Source of the DNA: an uncultured Candidatus Saccharibacteria bacterium
Lineage (GTDB): Bacteria > Patescibacteriota > Saccharimonadia > Saccharimonadales > CAIOMD01
Direction: 5' to 3'
DNA: 64,000 nt
NCBI GenBank assembly: GCA_964566135.1
Contig: CAZMHM010000001.1
Coordinates: 69,829-133,828, forward strand
Position 1 is the stretch's first letter. The number at the start of each line of letters is the position of its first letter. This document shows positions 44,367 to 53,991 of this stretch, in pieces. Position numbers and translations under genes: made by a program. The notes beneath the pieces were generated by a model, which worked only from the letters and a program-made list of their open reading frames with translations, was not told where the DNA came from and ran no database searches.

Positions 44367-44896
44367 TACTTACTATCCTTTAAGCTTCGTTCAATTAACG
44401 CTGAATCTTTACGCTCATCAAGTTTTTCGCCCAACACTTCACCGGCTGCTTTAGCAACTAAGCGCGTTGTTTCGGTCTTCAGCTCGGTTCGTGCCTTTTC
44501 GACGTCTCGGTGAAGTTGCTCGCGCGCTTCTGCCACAATACGTTCTGCTTTAGTAGCAGCTTTGTCTTCGACGGATTTGAGTAATTGGGCTGCTTCGCCA
44601 TGTGCGGCAGAAAGAATACCATCGGCTTCATTTCGAGCTTCAGCAAGAGTTTCGTCAGCCTTCTTAGCAGCCTTTTCGAGCTCTAACTTCGCCTCATCTG
44701 CACGACTTAACCCTTTTTCAAGTTCAGCGCGCCGCTCATCCATAACAGCTAAAAATTTCTTAATAGCAAACTTGTTTAAAATCCACAGAACAATCGCAAA
44801 GGCAATAATCTGGAAAATAATACTCTTGATATTAATACCAAGAGCGCCGATTCCTGACGCTTGCTCTCCGGTTGCTGCTACTAAGGCTATATTCAT
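44366..44896 (-). CDS. atpF: F0F1 ATP synthase subunit b
   Basis: Single N-terminal TM helix then a long Ala/Glu/Lys/Arg helix; operon position. Confidence 0.85.
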   Translation of the reverse strand: MNIALVAATGEQASGIGALGINIKSIIFQIIAFAIVLWILNKFAIKKFLAVMDERRAELEKGLSRADEAKLELEKAAKKADETLAEARNEADGILSAAHGEAAQLLKSVEDKAATKAERIVAEAREQLHRDVEKARTELKTETTRLVAKAAGEVLGEKLDERKDSALIERSLKDSK

Positions 44897-44916
44897 CTAA
44901 AAAATCTTCCTAAAAA

Positions 44917-45132
44917 CTATTTGGTTGTGAAAACAATAAGAAGTACGAACACCATAACTGCGTCAACAAGACCAGCCATAATAAGTGCCATCGTTAAAAC
45001 TTTGCTTTGCGCTTCTGGGTTACGGCCAACTGAATTTACAGCTGCTGCACCTACGAGGCCAAGGCCGATAGCAGGCCCAATAGCACCGATAGCGATTGTT
45101 AAACCTTTGATGAGTTCTGGTGATATTTCCAT
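44917..45132 (-). CDS. atpE: F0F1 ATP synthase subunit c
   Basis: 71-aa two-helix hairpin with GRNPE loop and a carboxylate (D) in helix 2. Confidence 0.9.
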   Translation of the reverse strand: MEISPELIKGLTIAIGAIGPAIGLGLVGAAAVNSVGRNPEAQSKVLTMALIMAGLVDAVMVFVLLIVFTTK

Positions 45133-45150
45133 ATATTTCTCCTATATGAC

Positions 45151-46005
45151 TTAATTACTTGTTACTACTTCGCCTTGTTGTAATGGCTTACGTTTGGGTG
45201 AATGCGATGGTTCATGGTCGTCGTGTTCGACCGGGGTCGTTGCCATAGCTAGGTAAACCGAGCTCAGCATGATAAACAAATACGCCTGAATAGCGCTAAA
45301 GAATATTTCCATTAAAATAACCGGTACCGTACCAGCCCAAGCAAAATTACCACTGAGTTGTGTGATAACGTGCAGCAGGACTTCACCGGCATAAATAACA
45401 CCAAACAACCTTAGGGCGAGGGTTAGTAAGCGAATCAGTTCACCTAGAATTTCGATTGGCCCCAAAAAGAAGTTCATTGGATTCCACCAAGGTTTCATCA
45501 CACTAAAGTAATGTTTGATATGCGGGAAGAAACCCCGAGTTTTGACTGCATATACTTGTACGGTACCAATGGCAATGATAGCAAGCGCTAACGTACCATT
45601 TAAGTCGGTCGTAAACGGTCGTAGCAAGGCAGATTTAACGCCTTCAGACTCGACATACACACTACCGCCCATACCAGGCAAGAGCCCAAACAGATTATTG
45701 AGCAAAATAAAGATGAAGAACGCCAAAAATAGTGGTAAGAACTTGCGAGCTTTTGCTTCATCACCACCAAAGTTACTTTTAAGAGTAGTCAATATAAAAC
45801 TCACGACGTTTTCGATAAAGAAACTAAACCGAGAAGTACCGCGCACCTTAGCTTTGCGTGCAGCAGTAATAAATACTAACGAGATAATCGTGATAATGAC
45901 TAGTGCCATAATCATTGAGTTTGTTATCTCAAAATTGCCAATGCTAACAATCGCCTCTGGCGACAACGGCACGCTTTCTTCGGCTGCAAACAGGTGGGGA
46001 AGCAT
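45151..46005 (-). CDS. atpB: F0F1 ATP synthase subunit a
   Basis: Polytopic protein with LALRLFGVIYAGEVLL (conserved Arg region). ATG 46005 is preferred over TTG 46020. Confidence 0.9.
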   Translation of the reverse strand: MLPHLFAAEESVPLSPEAIVSIGNFEITNSMIMALVIITIISLVFITAARKAKVRGTSRFSFFIENVVSFILTTLKSNFGGDEAKARKFLPLFLAFFIFILLNNLFGLLPGMGGSVYVESEGVKSALLRPFTTDLNGTLALAIIAIGTVQVYAVKTRGFFPHIKHYFSVMKPWWNPMNFFLGPIEILGELIRLLTLALRLFGVIYAGEVLLHVITQLSGNFAWAGTVPVILMEIFFSAIQAYLFIMLSSVYLAMATTPVEHDDHEPSHSPKRKPLQQGEVVTSN

Positions 46006-46166
46006 TACAATCGACCCCAACTATACAACAAAGAGCTGCCGTGTTTTTTTGACACACTCTCTCTAAGGCCCGTTGTATTCTTGCTACCCATATTTGCCTT
46101 AATCGTACCAAAAATACCGATGTAAGGCAATCAAGTTTACGGATATATGCGTATAATGTATACGAT

Positions 46167-47198
46167 ATGTCAATTAGGCGGATTGTGACCATCGACATTT
46201 TGCGGGGGTTCTTTATTTTCATGATCATTGTTGATCACCTAGAACGCTTCCCAAGCGGCTTCGACTTTTTTACTGGTCGAGGTCTTTTGTGGATGTCTGC
46301 CGCCGAAGGATTTTTCTTTTTATCTGGAGTAATGATTGGGATTATTCGCGGGCGCAAGGAAAGTAACGAGCCATTTGCAGAAGTAGCCCATAAGTTACTA
46401 AAACGAGCTCTCATCTTGTTTGCTTGGACAATAGGTATGACGTTAGTGTTTACGTGGCTCGCGCATCTTATCGGGCCAAATCCAAACCTTAAAGCAGATG
46501 TCTGGCAGGGAGGCATCGTGCAGCTTCTATTACATTCGGCAACCCTGCAATATGTGTATTCATGGGCCGATTTTTTGCGCTATTACGCGGTATATTTAGT
46601 ACTTTCTATAGCCGCGATCCCATTGCTTCGAGCAAACAAAGCATGGATTATTGCCGTTATGAGCATCGTAGCATGGCTGGTTGGCCGACATACGACTCAA
46701 TTCCTGACGTGGCAGCTACTCTTTTTTGGCGGCGTGCTAGCGGGTTGGTATTGGCATCAATTGACGCGTTGGTTTGGGCAACTTCCAAAGATTATTGTTG
46801 CGCTCCATTATCCGGTTGCTTTATTGATGGTAGCGTATAGCATCCTCGTGGTATTTGGGCCGTACCAAGATTTGCACAATCAATTAGCGCCGTATTTTTT
46901 GCGGGCTGAAATGCCAATACTGCGTGTTGCCATGTTTATCTTGTGGTTTAGCGCTTTATACCGATTCGTACGATCGCACGAGTCACTATTTGCGCGCACT
47001 GTTGGCAAACTCCTTATTCCGCTTGGTCAAAATTCGTTGTATGCCTACATATTGCATGGCATCATTATCTTTTTTGTACACCTTTGGATACCAAAGGGGA
47101 CATCACTCATCGTCAACTTTATAATAACCGCAAGCGTACTTGCGGTTATTTGGGCTGCAATTAAGGCGCGATTTTTGTTTGGATTTATTCCTCGCTAG
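46167..47198 (+). CDS. OpgC/acyltransferase-3-like polytopic membrane protein
   Basis: N-terminal DILRGFFIFMIIVDHL motif and about 10 TM helices. TATAAT lies at 46152-46157, only 9 nt upstream of the ATG, so the mRNA is near-leaderless. Confidence 0.5.
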   Translation: MSIRRIVTIDILRGFFIFMIIVDHLERFPSGFDFFTGRGLLWMSAAEGFFFLSGVMIGIIRGRKESNEPFAEVAHKLLKRALILFAWTIGMTLVFTWLAHLIGPNPNLKADVWQGGIVQLLLHSATLQYVYSWADFLRYYAVYLVLSIAAIPLLRANKAWIIAVMSIVAWLVGRHTTQFLTWQLLFFGGVLAGWYWHQLTRWFGQLPKIIVALHYPVALLMVAYSILVVFGPYQDLHNQLAPYFLRAEMPILRVAMFILWFSALYRFVRSHESLFARTVGKLLIPLGQNSLYAYILHGIIIFFVHLWIPKGTSLIVNFIITASVLAVIWAAIKARFLFGFIPR

Positions 47199-47710
47199 TC
47201 TTTGGTTTTATACAAAACCAACATCGGTACAGCACACACGGCTAAAACAACGATTAATCCAGGAATAAAGTATGGCAAGAACTGGGTGTTAGCCGGTGGA
47301 TTGTTTGTATACAAGAACCACAGTGCCTGCACAACTACGACAACCAACAGCAATGCTGCTAACAAATGGGTGACGGCAAAGCTCCAATCAATCCAAGACG
47401 TTTTTTGCGTTTTACGCACATAAAAAATGTATGTGTACAAAACTGCACGTACACCTAGGGCGACTGCGGCCAAAAACGTCGCGACAAATATTGCCGAAGA
47501 TAAGCCGTCTATAGCCTGCGTGAACATCATGACAAGCATGACAACCGCGAACACAAGCAGTGTGTGCGTAACTTCCCAGGTGGCAGATAAATAACCACTT
47601 TTGCCAGCCTTGGGGTTCTTAAGTCGCCTAAAACTTAAATATGTTTCATACAAGAACGCGATTACGAATATAAGCGTAGGAATAAGAAACAAGATAACTG
47701 CAGCAGCCAT
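47195..47710 (-). CDS. small polytopic membrane protein translationally coupled to cydA (non-canonical bd-oxidase partner?)
   Basis: 171 aa with about 5 TM helices. Its ATG overlaps the cydA stop (TAATG). It is about half the length of canonical CydB and I do not recognise CydB motifs. Confidence 0.45.
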   Translation of the reverse strand: MAAAVILFLIPTLIFVIAFLYETYLSFRRLKNPKAGKSGYLSATWEVTHTLLVFAVVMLVMMFTQAIDGLSSAIFVATFLAAVALGVRAVLYTYIFYVRKTQKTSWIDWSFAVTHLLAALLLVVVVVQALWFLYTNNPPANTQFLPYFIPGLIVVLAVCAVPMLVLYKTKD

Positions 47711-49047
47711 TATTTTTGTACCTTTCCGCTTTTAGCATTATCGTTAACTATCTTTTTAATTGCCAATATCGTTACTATAAGTAGAAGTACAAATGCCGCA
47801 GGGAAGATATAGCCAAAACTTGTAATATTGTTGGTTTTTGTGACGGCCTGTTCGGTAGTCACATACCCGGTGACCGCCCACGGCTGTCGCCCAATCTCAG
47901 TGAGCATCCAGCCAAGTTCAACAATAATCACACCCAAAAAGCCAGCGAGGCCCAGCCCTAAAAGAATGACTGAGTTTGCCAGCATCTTAGGTTTCCAAAT
48001 GCGCAGTGCAAAGTAGACAAAGAAACCAGCAACTAACACGCCAATAAGCGTCAGCTTAATATTAAATAACGCACGAATATACGACGGTGGTCGTTGATCA
48101 ACAGGGTAATCGTTAATGCCTTTAACAACAGTGCTACTAGAGCTACCAACCAAAATGCTCAGTGCGTTTGGAATAATAAAGTATGGCCCGGCAATCTTAC
48201 CGTCCTCGCCAGGAACACCACCAAAAATAAATGGTAAATTACTGCCGGTATTGCTCGTCATCTCAATTGCGGCCATTTTAACAGGCTCGTATTTAGCAAG
48301 ATACTTACCTGTAATATCTGCAGTAATTACAAGTGCCACCATTGCGCCAGCCGCAAACAGTAGTAGTCGTTGAATAATCACCCAGTCAAAGGAATGTTTC
48401 GCACTTAAGCGCTCCTTTGATTTTGCTCGGAGTAGCTTGAAAAGATATAGCGAAGCAATAATCATTGATGCCGCCAAATAATACGCTGGCATCGAGTGGA
48501 TAAACTCTATAATCGCTGTTCTTGAAAACAACGCTTGCCACACATCAATATCCTCAAATTTACCCTGTACGATAGTAAAGCCAGTTGGTAAATTCATCCA
48601 TCCGTTTATAGCAGTAATCGCATAGGCGCTCAGGGTTGCGCCCACGATAACCATAAATCCAAAGAACACGTGCAGTGCCCTCGGGAGTTTTTTATTATGC
48701 CAGGTTGCCATATACAAGCCTAAAAATACCGCCTCAATCAAAAAGGCATAGGTTTCGAACATAAATGGTAGGCCAATAACTTCGCCACCAAACTTCAAAA
48801 TTCCAGGCCATACAAGTGACATCTGTAACGCAATAACCGTGCCCGAGATTACACCGGTAATGACAAGTAATGCCATAATCTTTGACCAAAAATAGGCAGT
48901 ATCAACTGATTTTTTATCCTTACGATGCAGCCCCCACCATTCAAACCAAACGACCAGAACCGGTAGGGTGAGGCTAAACATTACAAAAATAATATGAAAA
49001 GCCAGCGAGTCTCCCATGAGTACTCGTGACGCATTTATGTGCTCCAT
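47710..49047 (-). CDS. cydA: cytochrome bd-type quinol oxidase subunit I
   Basis: N-terminal FHIIFVMFSLTLP region with His, and GWMLTEIGRQPW signature near the C-terminus; 445 aa (short Q-loop type). Confidence 0.85.
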   Translation of the reverse strand: MEHINASRVLMGDSLAFHIIFVMFSLTLPVLVVWFEWWGLHRKDKKSVDTAYFWSKIMALLVITGVISGTVIALQMSLVWPGILKFGGEVIGLPFMFETYAFLIEAVFLGLYMATWHNKKLPRALHVFFGFMVIVGATLSAYAITAINGWMNLPTGFTIVQGKFEDIDVWQALFSRTAIIEFIHSMPAYYLAASMIIASLYLFKLLRAKSKERLSAKHSFDWVIIQRLLLFAAGAMVALVITADITGKYLAKYEPVKMAAIEMTSNTGSNLPFIFGGVPGEDGKIAGPYFIIPNALSILVGSSSSTVVKGINDYPVDQRPPSYIRALFNIKLTLIGVLVAGFFVYFALRIWKPKMLANSVILLGLGLAGFLGVIIVELGWMLTEIGRQPWAVTGYVTTEQAVTKTNNITSFGYIFPAAFVLLLIVTILAIKKIVNDNAKSGKVQK

Positions 49048-49199
49048 ATGTTATTCCCACTTTTTTAATTAGTCTTATTCGTGATTGTAGACCCGATATT
49101 TACAAAATGCTAGAGCTTTTTTTAGCTTAAGGAGTAATTAATTAACAGGGATAAGTATTATTTTAGGCACACCAATTTGTATAGTGCTATAGTAGGGTT

Positions 49200-49883
49200 A
49201 TGAAACGTGGAAAACCAATTATAGTTATCGCATTTGTAATTTTATTACTCGTTATTGTCGGTGTAGCAGCCTTTTTATTAGGCTCAAAGCGAAATGCAGA
49301 ACAAGCTGGTTCGTCAGTTACCACATCTACAACCGATAGTCAGGGGACTGCGTCGACTGTAACACCAACAAACACAAAGAACTCATATGTAGCAACTAAC
49401 CAAGGGCTCACATCTTTCCCGAGCGCCGCCCTTAACAACACTAATATCATTCTACTCGACGTTTCGCGCAATCAAATTCCATCACTGCCGTCTCAAATTG
49501 GCCAACTTACAAAATTAGAGGACATGAATGTAAGTTACAACAAGCTTACTGGCTCTTTGCCAGGCGAAATCAGAAAAATGTCACTCAAGAAGCTGGATGC
49601 GAGCTACAACTCTCTTACTGGTGTTCCGGCAGAAATTGGTCAACAACCCAACCTAAAGAATATTAATTTTTCGTACAACAAGTTGACGGGACTTCCGAAC
49701 GAAATGGCTAATATTCCAGTTATCGATGTGCTCGACCTTTCATACAATGCCATCGATTCAATTACTGATCTTTCTAAGTACAAAAACGTAAAAGTATTAA
49801 AATTGACGGGCAACAAGCTAACTACTGCCCAAGTAGCGCAACTACAGACAGCTCTACCAAATACCCAGATAGTTACAAACTAA
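49200..49883 (+). CDS. membrane-anchored leucine-rich-repeat (LRR) protein
   Basis: N-terminal TM helix, Ser/Thr linker, then about 6 tandem 23-residue LRRs (LxxLxLSYNKLTGLPxEI). Confidence 0.75.
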   Translation: MKRGKPIIVIAFVILLLVIVGVAAFLLGSKRNAEQAGSSVTTSTTDSQGTASTVTPTNTKNSYVATNQGLTSFPSAALNNTNIILLDVSRNQIPSLPSQIGQLTKLEDMNVSYNKLTGSLPGEIRKMSLKKLDASYNSLTGVPAEIGQQPNLKNINFSYNKLTGLPNEMANIPVIDVLDLSYNAIDSITDLSKYKNVKVLKLTGNKLTTAQVAQLQTALPNTQIVTN

Positions 49884-49910
49884 AAAGAGCACCCGTATGG
49901 GTGCTCTTTA
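49884..49910. terminator. bidirectional intrinsic terminator between convergent genes
   Basis: AAGAGCACCC-gtat-GGGTGCTCTT flanked by an A-run and T-rich sequence. Confidence 0.65.
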
Positions 49911-49927
49911 CTAATAACGATTAAACG

Positions 49928-50452
49928 CTAGTTAGTAGCCGACATTGGAGCGGTCGTGCTCTTTACTGCGCCGTCATGCATGCCGCGCCCGCCATGACCT
50001 TTACCGGGTTGCGGTACTAGATCGGTAGGGATGTTATTGGCTTTTAGCCAAGCGTCAAAATCAGCTTTATCCTTGTCCATTGCTGCTTTTCGCTCGGTAT
50101 CCGTCTTTGACTGCATAGCAGTACGGTTTGCTTCGCGTGCCTTATCCAACTCAGCCAGCTTTGCGAGTAACTTAGTTTCTTGGTCGGCAGTAATCTTGCC
50201 ATCTTTAACTGCCTGATCAAGCTTTGTCTTCATGTCAGCCTGACGTTGCGCATCACGCGCAGCATGTTCTTCGTCGAAAACTTTCTGCACGTCATCTTTA
50301 TTTAAATTAAACTTTTGTGCAATCTTACTTGCGATACTATCGGTACCCATCGATGTTCCACTTTCTGCCGATACAGCTCCAACACCAACGACAGAGGCAA
50401 GCGCTACGACAGCGGTTGAGCCTCCAATTAATAATAGTTTGTTCAGTGCCAT
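49928..50452 (-). CDS. secreted hypothetical protein (Lys/Asp/Ala-rich helical)
   Basis: Signal-peptide-like N-terminus LLLIGGSTAVVALASVVGVGAVSAES; no motif recognised. Confidence 0.5.
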   Translation of the reverse strand: MALNKLLLIGGSTAVVALASVVGVGAVSAESGTSMGTDSIASKIAQKFNLNKDDVQKVFDEEHAARDAQRQADMKTKLDQAVKDGKITADQETKLLAKLAELDKAREANRTAMQSKTDTERKAAMDKDKADFDAWLKANNIPTDLVPQPGKGHGGRGMHDGAVKSTTAPMSATN

Positions 50453-50551
50453 TCGTTTCTCCTTACATTAATAGCCATAGAAGTATGCGAGGCTTAGCTG
50501 GCAAAATGCTGATACATTGTACTTTGTCACTATACATAGTATAGTTACTGT

Positions 50552-51364
50552 ATGGATTCGCTCAATAAACTAGCAGAGAAGCTACAGGCATCGCCACGCA
50601 TGCCCGTGTTGTTTGTTGGTCATGGAAACCCAATGCATGCTATTCAAAACGATACCATCACAGAAACGTGGGGAAGTGTCGGTAAGGCATTGCCAAAGCC
50701 ACAAGCAATTGTTGTTATCAGCGCACACTGGCTTACCAGTGGAACGCACGTCACAGCTGCCAAAAAACCAGAAACAATATATGACATGTATGGTTTCCCA
50801 CCTGAATTGTATGAGGTAAGATACCCGGCAAATGGTGACCCAAAGATAGCAAAAGAAATTGTAGATTACTTGCGTTATGAAACGTTTCTAGATGCCAACC
50901 GCGGTCTCGACCATGGCACATGGTCAGTTTTAGTACATCTCGCGCCCAAAGCAGATATCCCTGTTATACAAATTAGTCTTAATGTCAATCAAAGTCTCCC
51001 CGAGCTTTATGATTTTTTTGCCAGCCTAAAACCACTCCGCGAAAAAGGCGTAGTGTTTATTGGCAGTGGTAATATCGTGCACAACTTACGCATGGTTAAC
51101 TGGCAGGATGACAGCACATTCGATTGGGCACTTGAATTCGACGATGCAATTACCAAAGCACTCGAGGCAAAGGATATGCAGCTTCTTACAAAGCCACAAA
51201 AAATGGGAATAATCACACAATACGCCGTCCCAACTGACGATCATTACCGACCCTTAATTGCCGCGCTCGCGCTTACGAATAGTGACGAGCAGTTTACGTA
51301 TTTTAATGATGTGTTCGAGCTTGGTAGCATCAGTATGCGCTCGTTTATTAGCACACCCATATAA
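50552..51364 (+). CDS. ygiD: 4,5-DOPA dioxygenase extradiol-like (LigB family, YgiD type)
   Basis: PVLFVGHGNPMHA, VISAHW and LDHGTWSVL motifs. Confidence 0.8.
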   Translation: MDSLNKLAEKLQASPRMPVLFVGHGNPMHAIQNDTITETWGSVGKALPKPQAIVVISAHWLTSGTHVTAAKKPETIYDMYGFPPELYEVRYPANGDPKIAKEIVDYLRYETFLDANRGLDHGTWSVLVHLAPKADIPVIQISLNVNQSLPELYDFFASLKPLREKGVVFIGSGNIVHNLRMVNWQDDSTFDWALEFDDAITKALEAKDMQLLTKPQKMGIITQYAVPTDDHYRPLIAALALTNSDEQFTYFNDVFELGSISMRSFISTPI

Positions 51365-51403
51365 ACTCAGTCATATCTCAGACTGTTTCGCAATACTACC
51401 AGT

Positions 51404-51907
51404 ATGAAAAAATATTTTGCCATTTTTGCTGCTGTCGCCATTCTTGGTATGCTAGCTATTTATTTTGTGCCCGAAAAAACTATCACGAAAGCAACGACAA
51501 CGAGTGTTACTACGGCTGCTCCTGCGACAGACGCGACTTCCGCGCAATCGACCGCAACTACAGCTACGTCTACTGCTAATTCCGTTACAACAAGCGCAAC
51601 CAGCTCCAGTACCGCAAATAGTAGCTATAAAGACGGCAGTTATAACGGTTCAAGTGCTACAACGCCATATGGTGATGTACAGGTAGCTATTGTCGTATCT
51701 GGTGGTAAGATTACTAATGTTACATTCTTAGCATTACCCAATGACGATAACCATTCAGCGCGCATATCACAGCAAGCATCTCCAATACTCAAGGCCCAGA
51801 CATTAAGTGCACAAAGTGCAAATATAGATGGCGTTTCGGGTGCAACCTACACGAGCGAAGGCTATGCGCAGTCATTACAATCAGCCATAGATGCGGCCAA
51901 GGTCTAG
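51404..51907 (+). CDS. membrane-anchored FMN-binding domain protein (flavinylation substrate)
   Basis: N-terminal TM helix, Thr/Ser/Ala linker, then an FMN_bind domain with DGVSGATYTS (ApbE-type flavinylation motif). Confidence 0.75.
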   Translation: MKKYFAIFAAVAILGMLAIYFVPEKTITKATTTSVTTAAPATDATSAQSTATTATSTANSVTTSATSSSTANSSYKDGSYNGSSATTPYGDVQVAIVVSGGKITNVTFLALPNDDNHSARISQQASPILKAQTLSAQSANIDGVSGATYTSEGYAQSLQSAIDAAKV

Positions 51908-51910
51908 CCA

Positions 51911-52618
51911 ATGAGAAAAGTCCAAGAACACATGGGTATGCCCATCAGCATAGATATTCCTGGCTCGAAAAGCACTAAGCTTTTTGATGCCCTGTTTGCG
52001 ATTTGCGAAGATACCGATGAGCGATTTAGCCCATATAAACTTACAAGCGAGTTACAGAAGCTTTGGCGTGGCCAAATTAAGGAACGCGATGTCAGTGATG
52101 ACATGAAGTTCATCATGGCAGAATGCGAACGCTACGAAGGTATCACCGACAGATATTTTTCGGCACGATTTGCCGGCTCGTTTAACCCTACTGGGTTTGT
52201 AAAAGCATGGGCTATTCAGCGAATGGTTGATTATTTGGCAGAACAAAAAATTGGTACGTACCTTATTAATGCTGGTGGCGATATTGTTGCCCACAGCGAT
52301 GCAGGGCATAACTGGAAAATAGCCATCGCGAATCCTTTTGACACAAGTAAGCCAGTTGCAGAACTTACTGTAGATAACCTTGCCGTTGCAACTTCAGGTT
52401 CATACGAAAAGGGAAGTCACATATATGATCCCCACACCAAGATTCCAACTGATACGTTTGCAAGTGTTACTATTTTTGGCCCTGAGATTACGACTGCTGA
52501 TGTTTTTGCTACTGCCGCCTTTGCGATGGGCGACAAAGCAACCGAGTTTATTGCTGCTCACAAAAAATACCAAGCAATAATTATCGATAAAAACGGCGTT
52601 GTTAGTACGACCACTTAA
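51911..52618 (+). CDS. apbE: FAD:protein FMN transferase (ApbE family), short form without obvious signal peptide
   Basis: INAGGDI and LAVATSGSYEKGSHIYDPHT motifs; starts 4 nt after the FMN-bind gene. Confidence 0.75.
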   Translation: MRKVQEHMGMPISIDIPGSKSTKLFDALFAICEDTDERFSPYKLTSELQKLWRGQIKERDVSDDMKFIMAECERYEGITDRYFSARFAGSFNPTGFVKAWAIQRMVDYLAEQKIGTYLINAGGDIVAHSDAGHNWKIAIANPFDTSKPVAELTVDNLAVATSGSYEKGSHIYDPHTKIPTDTFASVTIFGPEITTADVFATAAFAMGDKATEFIAAHKKYQAIIIDKNGVVSTTT

Positions 52619-52625
52619 TTACGCA

Positions 52626-53948
52626 TTAAAACATAAATCGTTCGGCAACAATATGCTTATTTGGCACACCTAAACCAGGCAACATCTTTTTAAGTGCCGA
52701 TGTCATTGGGTCGGGCCCGCACAGGTACACAGTAACTTCATCTTCGTTGCCCTCAAAGTAGCGTGAAAGCGTCGCTTCACTTACGCGACCGCGCTCAGAA
52801 GACACATGGGCCGTCACGCCAAACCGTTCTTGGGCGACGTCTTTTAGCAGTGCAAAATCACGCTTAAATACAATGTCATCACGAGTATTCACACTATATA
52901 AAATTTGTACGTTCTTACCTTCGCGCAATAGTGCCTTTGCGGTTGGTATGAAGGGCGCAACTCCTATGCCACCAGCAACCAGCAAAACATTATGCGTGGC
53001 GGCCCTATTTGCAGTAAACGACCCACGCGGGCCATCAATCAAGACGGGAGTGCCGGGTTTAACATGCTGTAATTGCTCCGTGTAATCACCACTCGCTTTA
53101 AAGGTAAAACGAACCATGTCAGTGCCGGGCTCTGATGAGAACGAAAAAGGATGACTCTCTAGTAATAAATCTTTATCCAAAAATCGCCAATGTGCGTATT
53201 GCCCAGCAGTATATCGATAGTTTCGTATCGCACGTCCAGTAATATATACCGAATATATGCCCGGAGCTTCCTCGACAACATGTGACACTTTAAAACCATG
53301 GCGAAAATACAATAGCAGGTGGCGGCCAAAGCGATAGTAGGCAAGTAAACCAAATACGACGGCATATATACCGTACCAGAATACTTGCATCCATTTTTGC
53401 GTTACTAAATCACTACCACTGTGCACTTGATGTCCAAACGCCAGTAGCACGCCGCCGTACACTAATATGTGCATAAAATACCAAATCTCGTACGGCAAAC
53501 GCTTGCGCATCAAATGGAGCGAGGTAATTGCCACAGCAAAGAAAACAGCAGACCCGATGATTGCTTTTAGTACATCCTCGAATTCGCTACTAAAGCCCCA
53601 GAATTGACCCCACCAACCAAGATGGTTAACAATGCCATACCCTGCAACTAATGCCACAATGTGCACAAGCAGGGCATAGGTCATGGTGTACCCGTTATAT
53701 CTATGGAACTCGTTAATTTCTTCTAGATCAAAGTTGCGCTCGATGAATGGCGCTCTACTCATTACAAGTAATTCAAGTAAGACCGCTGCTGTTGCAACAA
53801 TGCCTGCAAGCCTACCAATAGCAATAAGTTTTGTGGATTGGCTCGTTAAATGATGGCCCGTGCCACTCCACCAGCCAAACAACATTATGCCAAGAGCCAA
53901 TGCGATAGTTACGAGAATTATGGCTCTTTGTTTGCGAATCATGCTCAC
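52626..53948 (-). CDS. ferric-reductase-domain (di-heme TM) / FAD-NAD(P)H oxidoreductase fusion
   Basis: N-terminal TM domain with spaced His (HRYNGY, HIVALV, HILVYG, GHQVH), then HPFSFSS (FAD) and LLVAGGIGVAPF (NAD(P)H) motifs. Confidence 0.75.
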   Translation of the reverse strand: MSMIRKQRAIILVTIALALGIMLFGWWSGTGHHLTSQSTKLIAIGRLAGIVATAAVLLELLVMSRAPFIERNFDLEEINEFHRYNGYTMTYALLVHIVALVAGYGIVNHLGWWGQFWGFSSEFEDVLKAIIGSAVFFAVAITSLHLMRKRLPYEIWYFMHILVYGGVLLAFGHQVHSGSDLVTQKWMQVFWYGIYAVVFGLLAYYRFGRHLLLYFRHGFKVSHVVEEAPGIYSVYITGRAIRNYRYTAGQYAHWRFLDKDLLLESHPFSFSSEPGTDMVRFTFKASGDYTEQLQHVKPGTPVLIDGPRGSFTANRAATHNVLLVAGGIGVAPFIPTAKALLREGKNVQILYSVNTRDDIVFKRDFALLKDVAQERFGVTAHVSSERGRVSEATLSRYFEGNEDEVTVYLCGPDPMTSALKKMLPGLGVPNKHIVAERFMF

Positions 53949-53991
53949 ATTACACGCCCAGCTTCTGAATATAGCCTGAGAAACAACCCAA

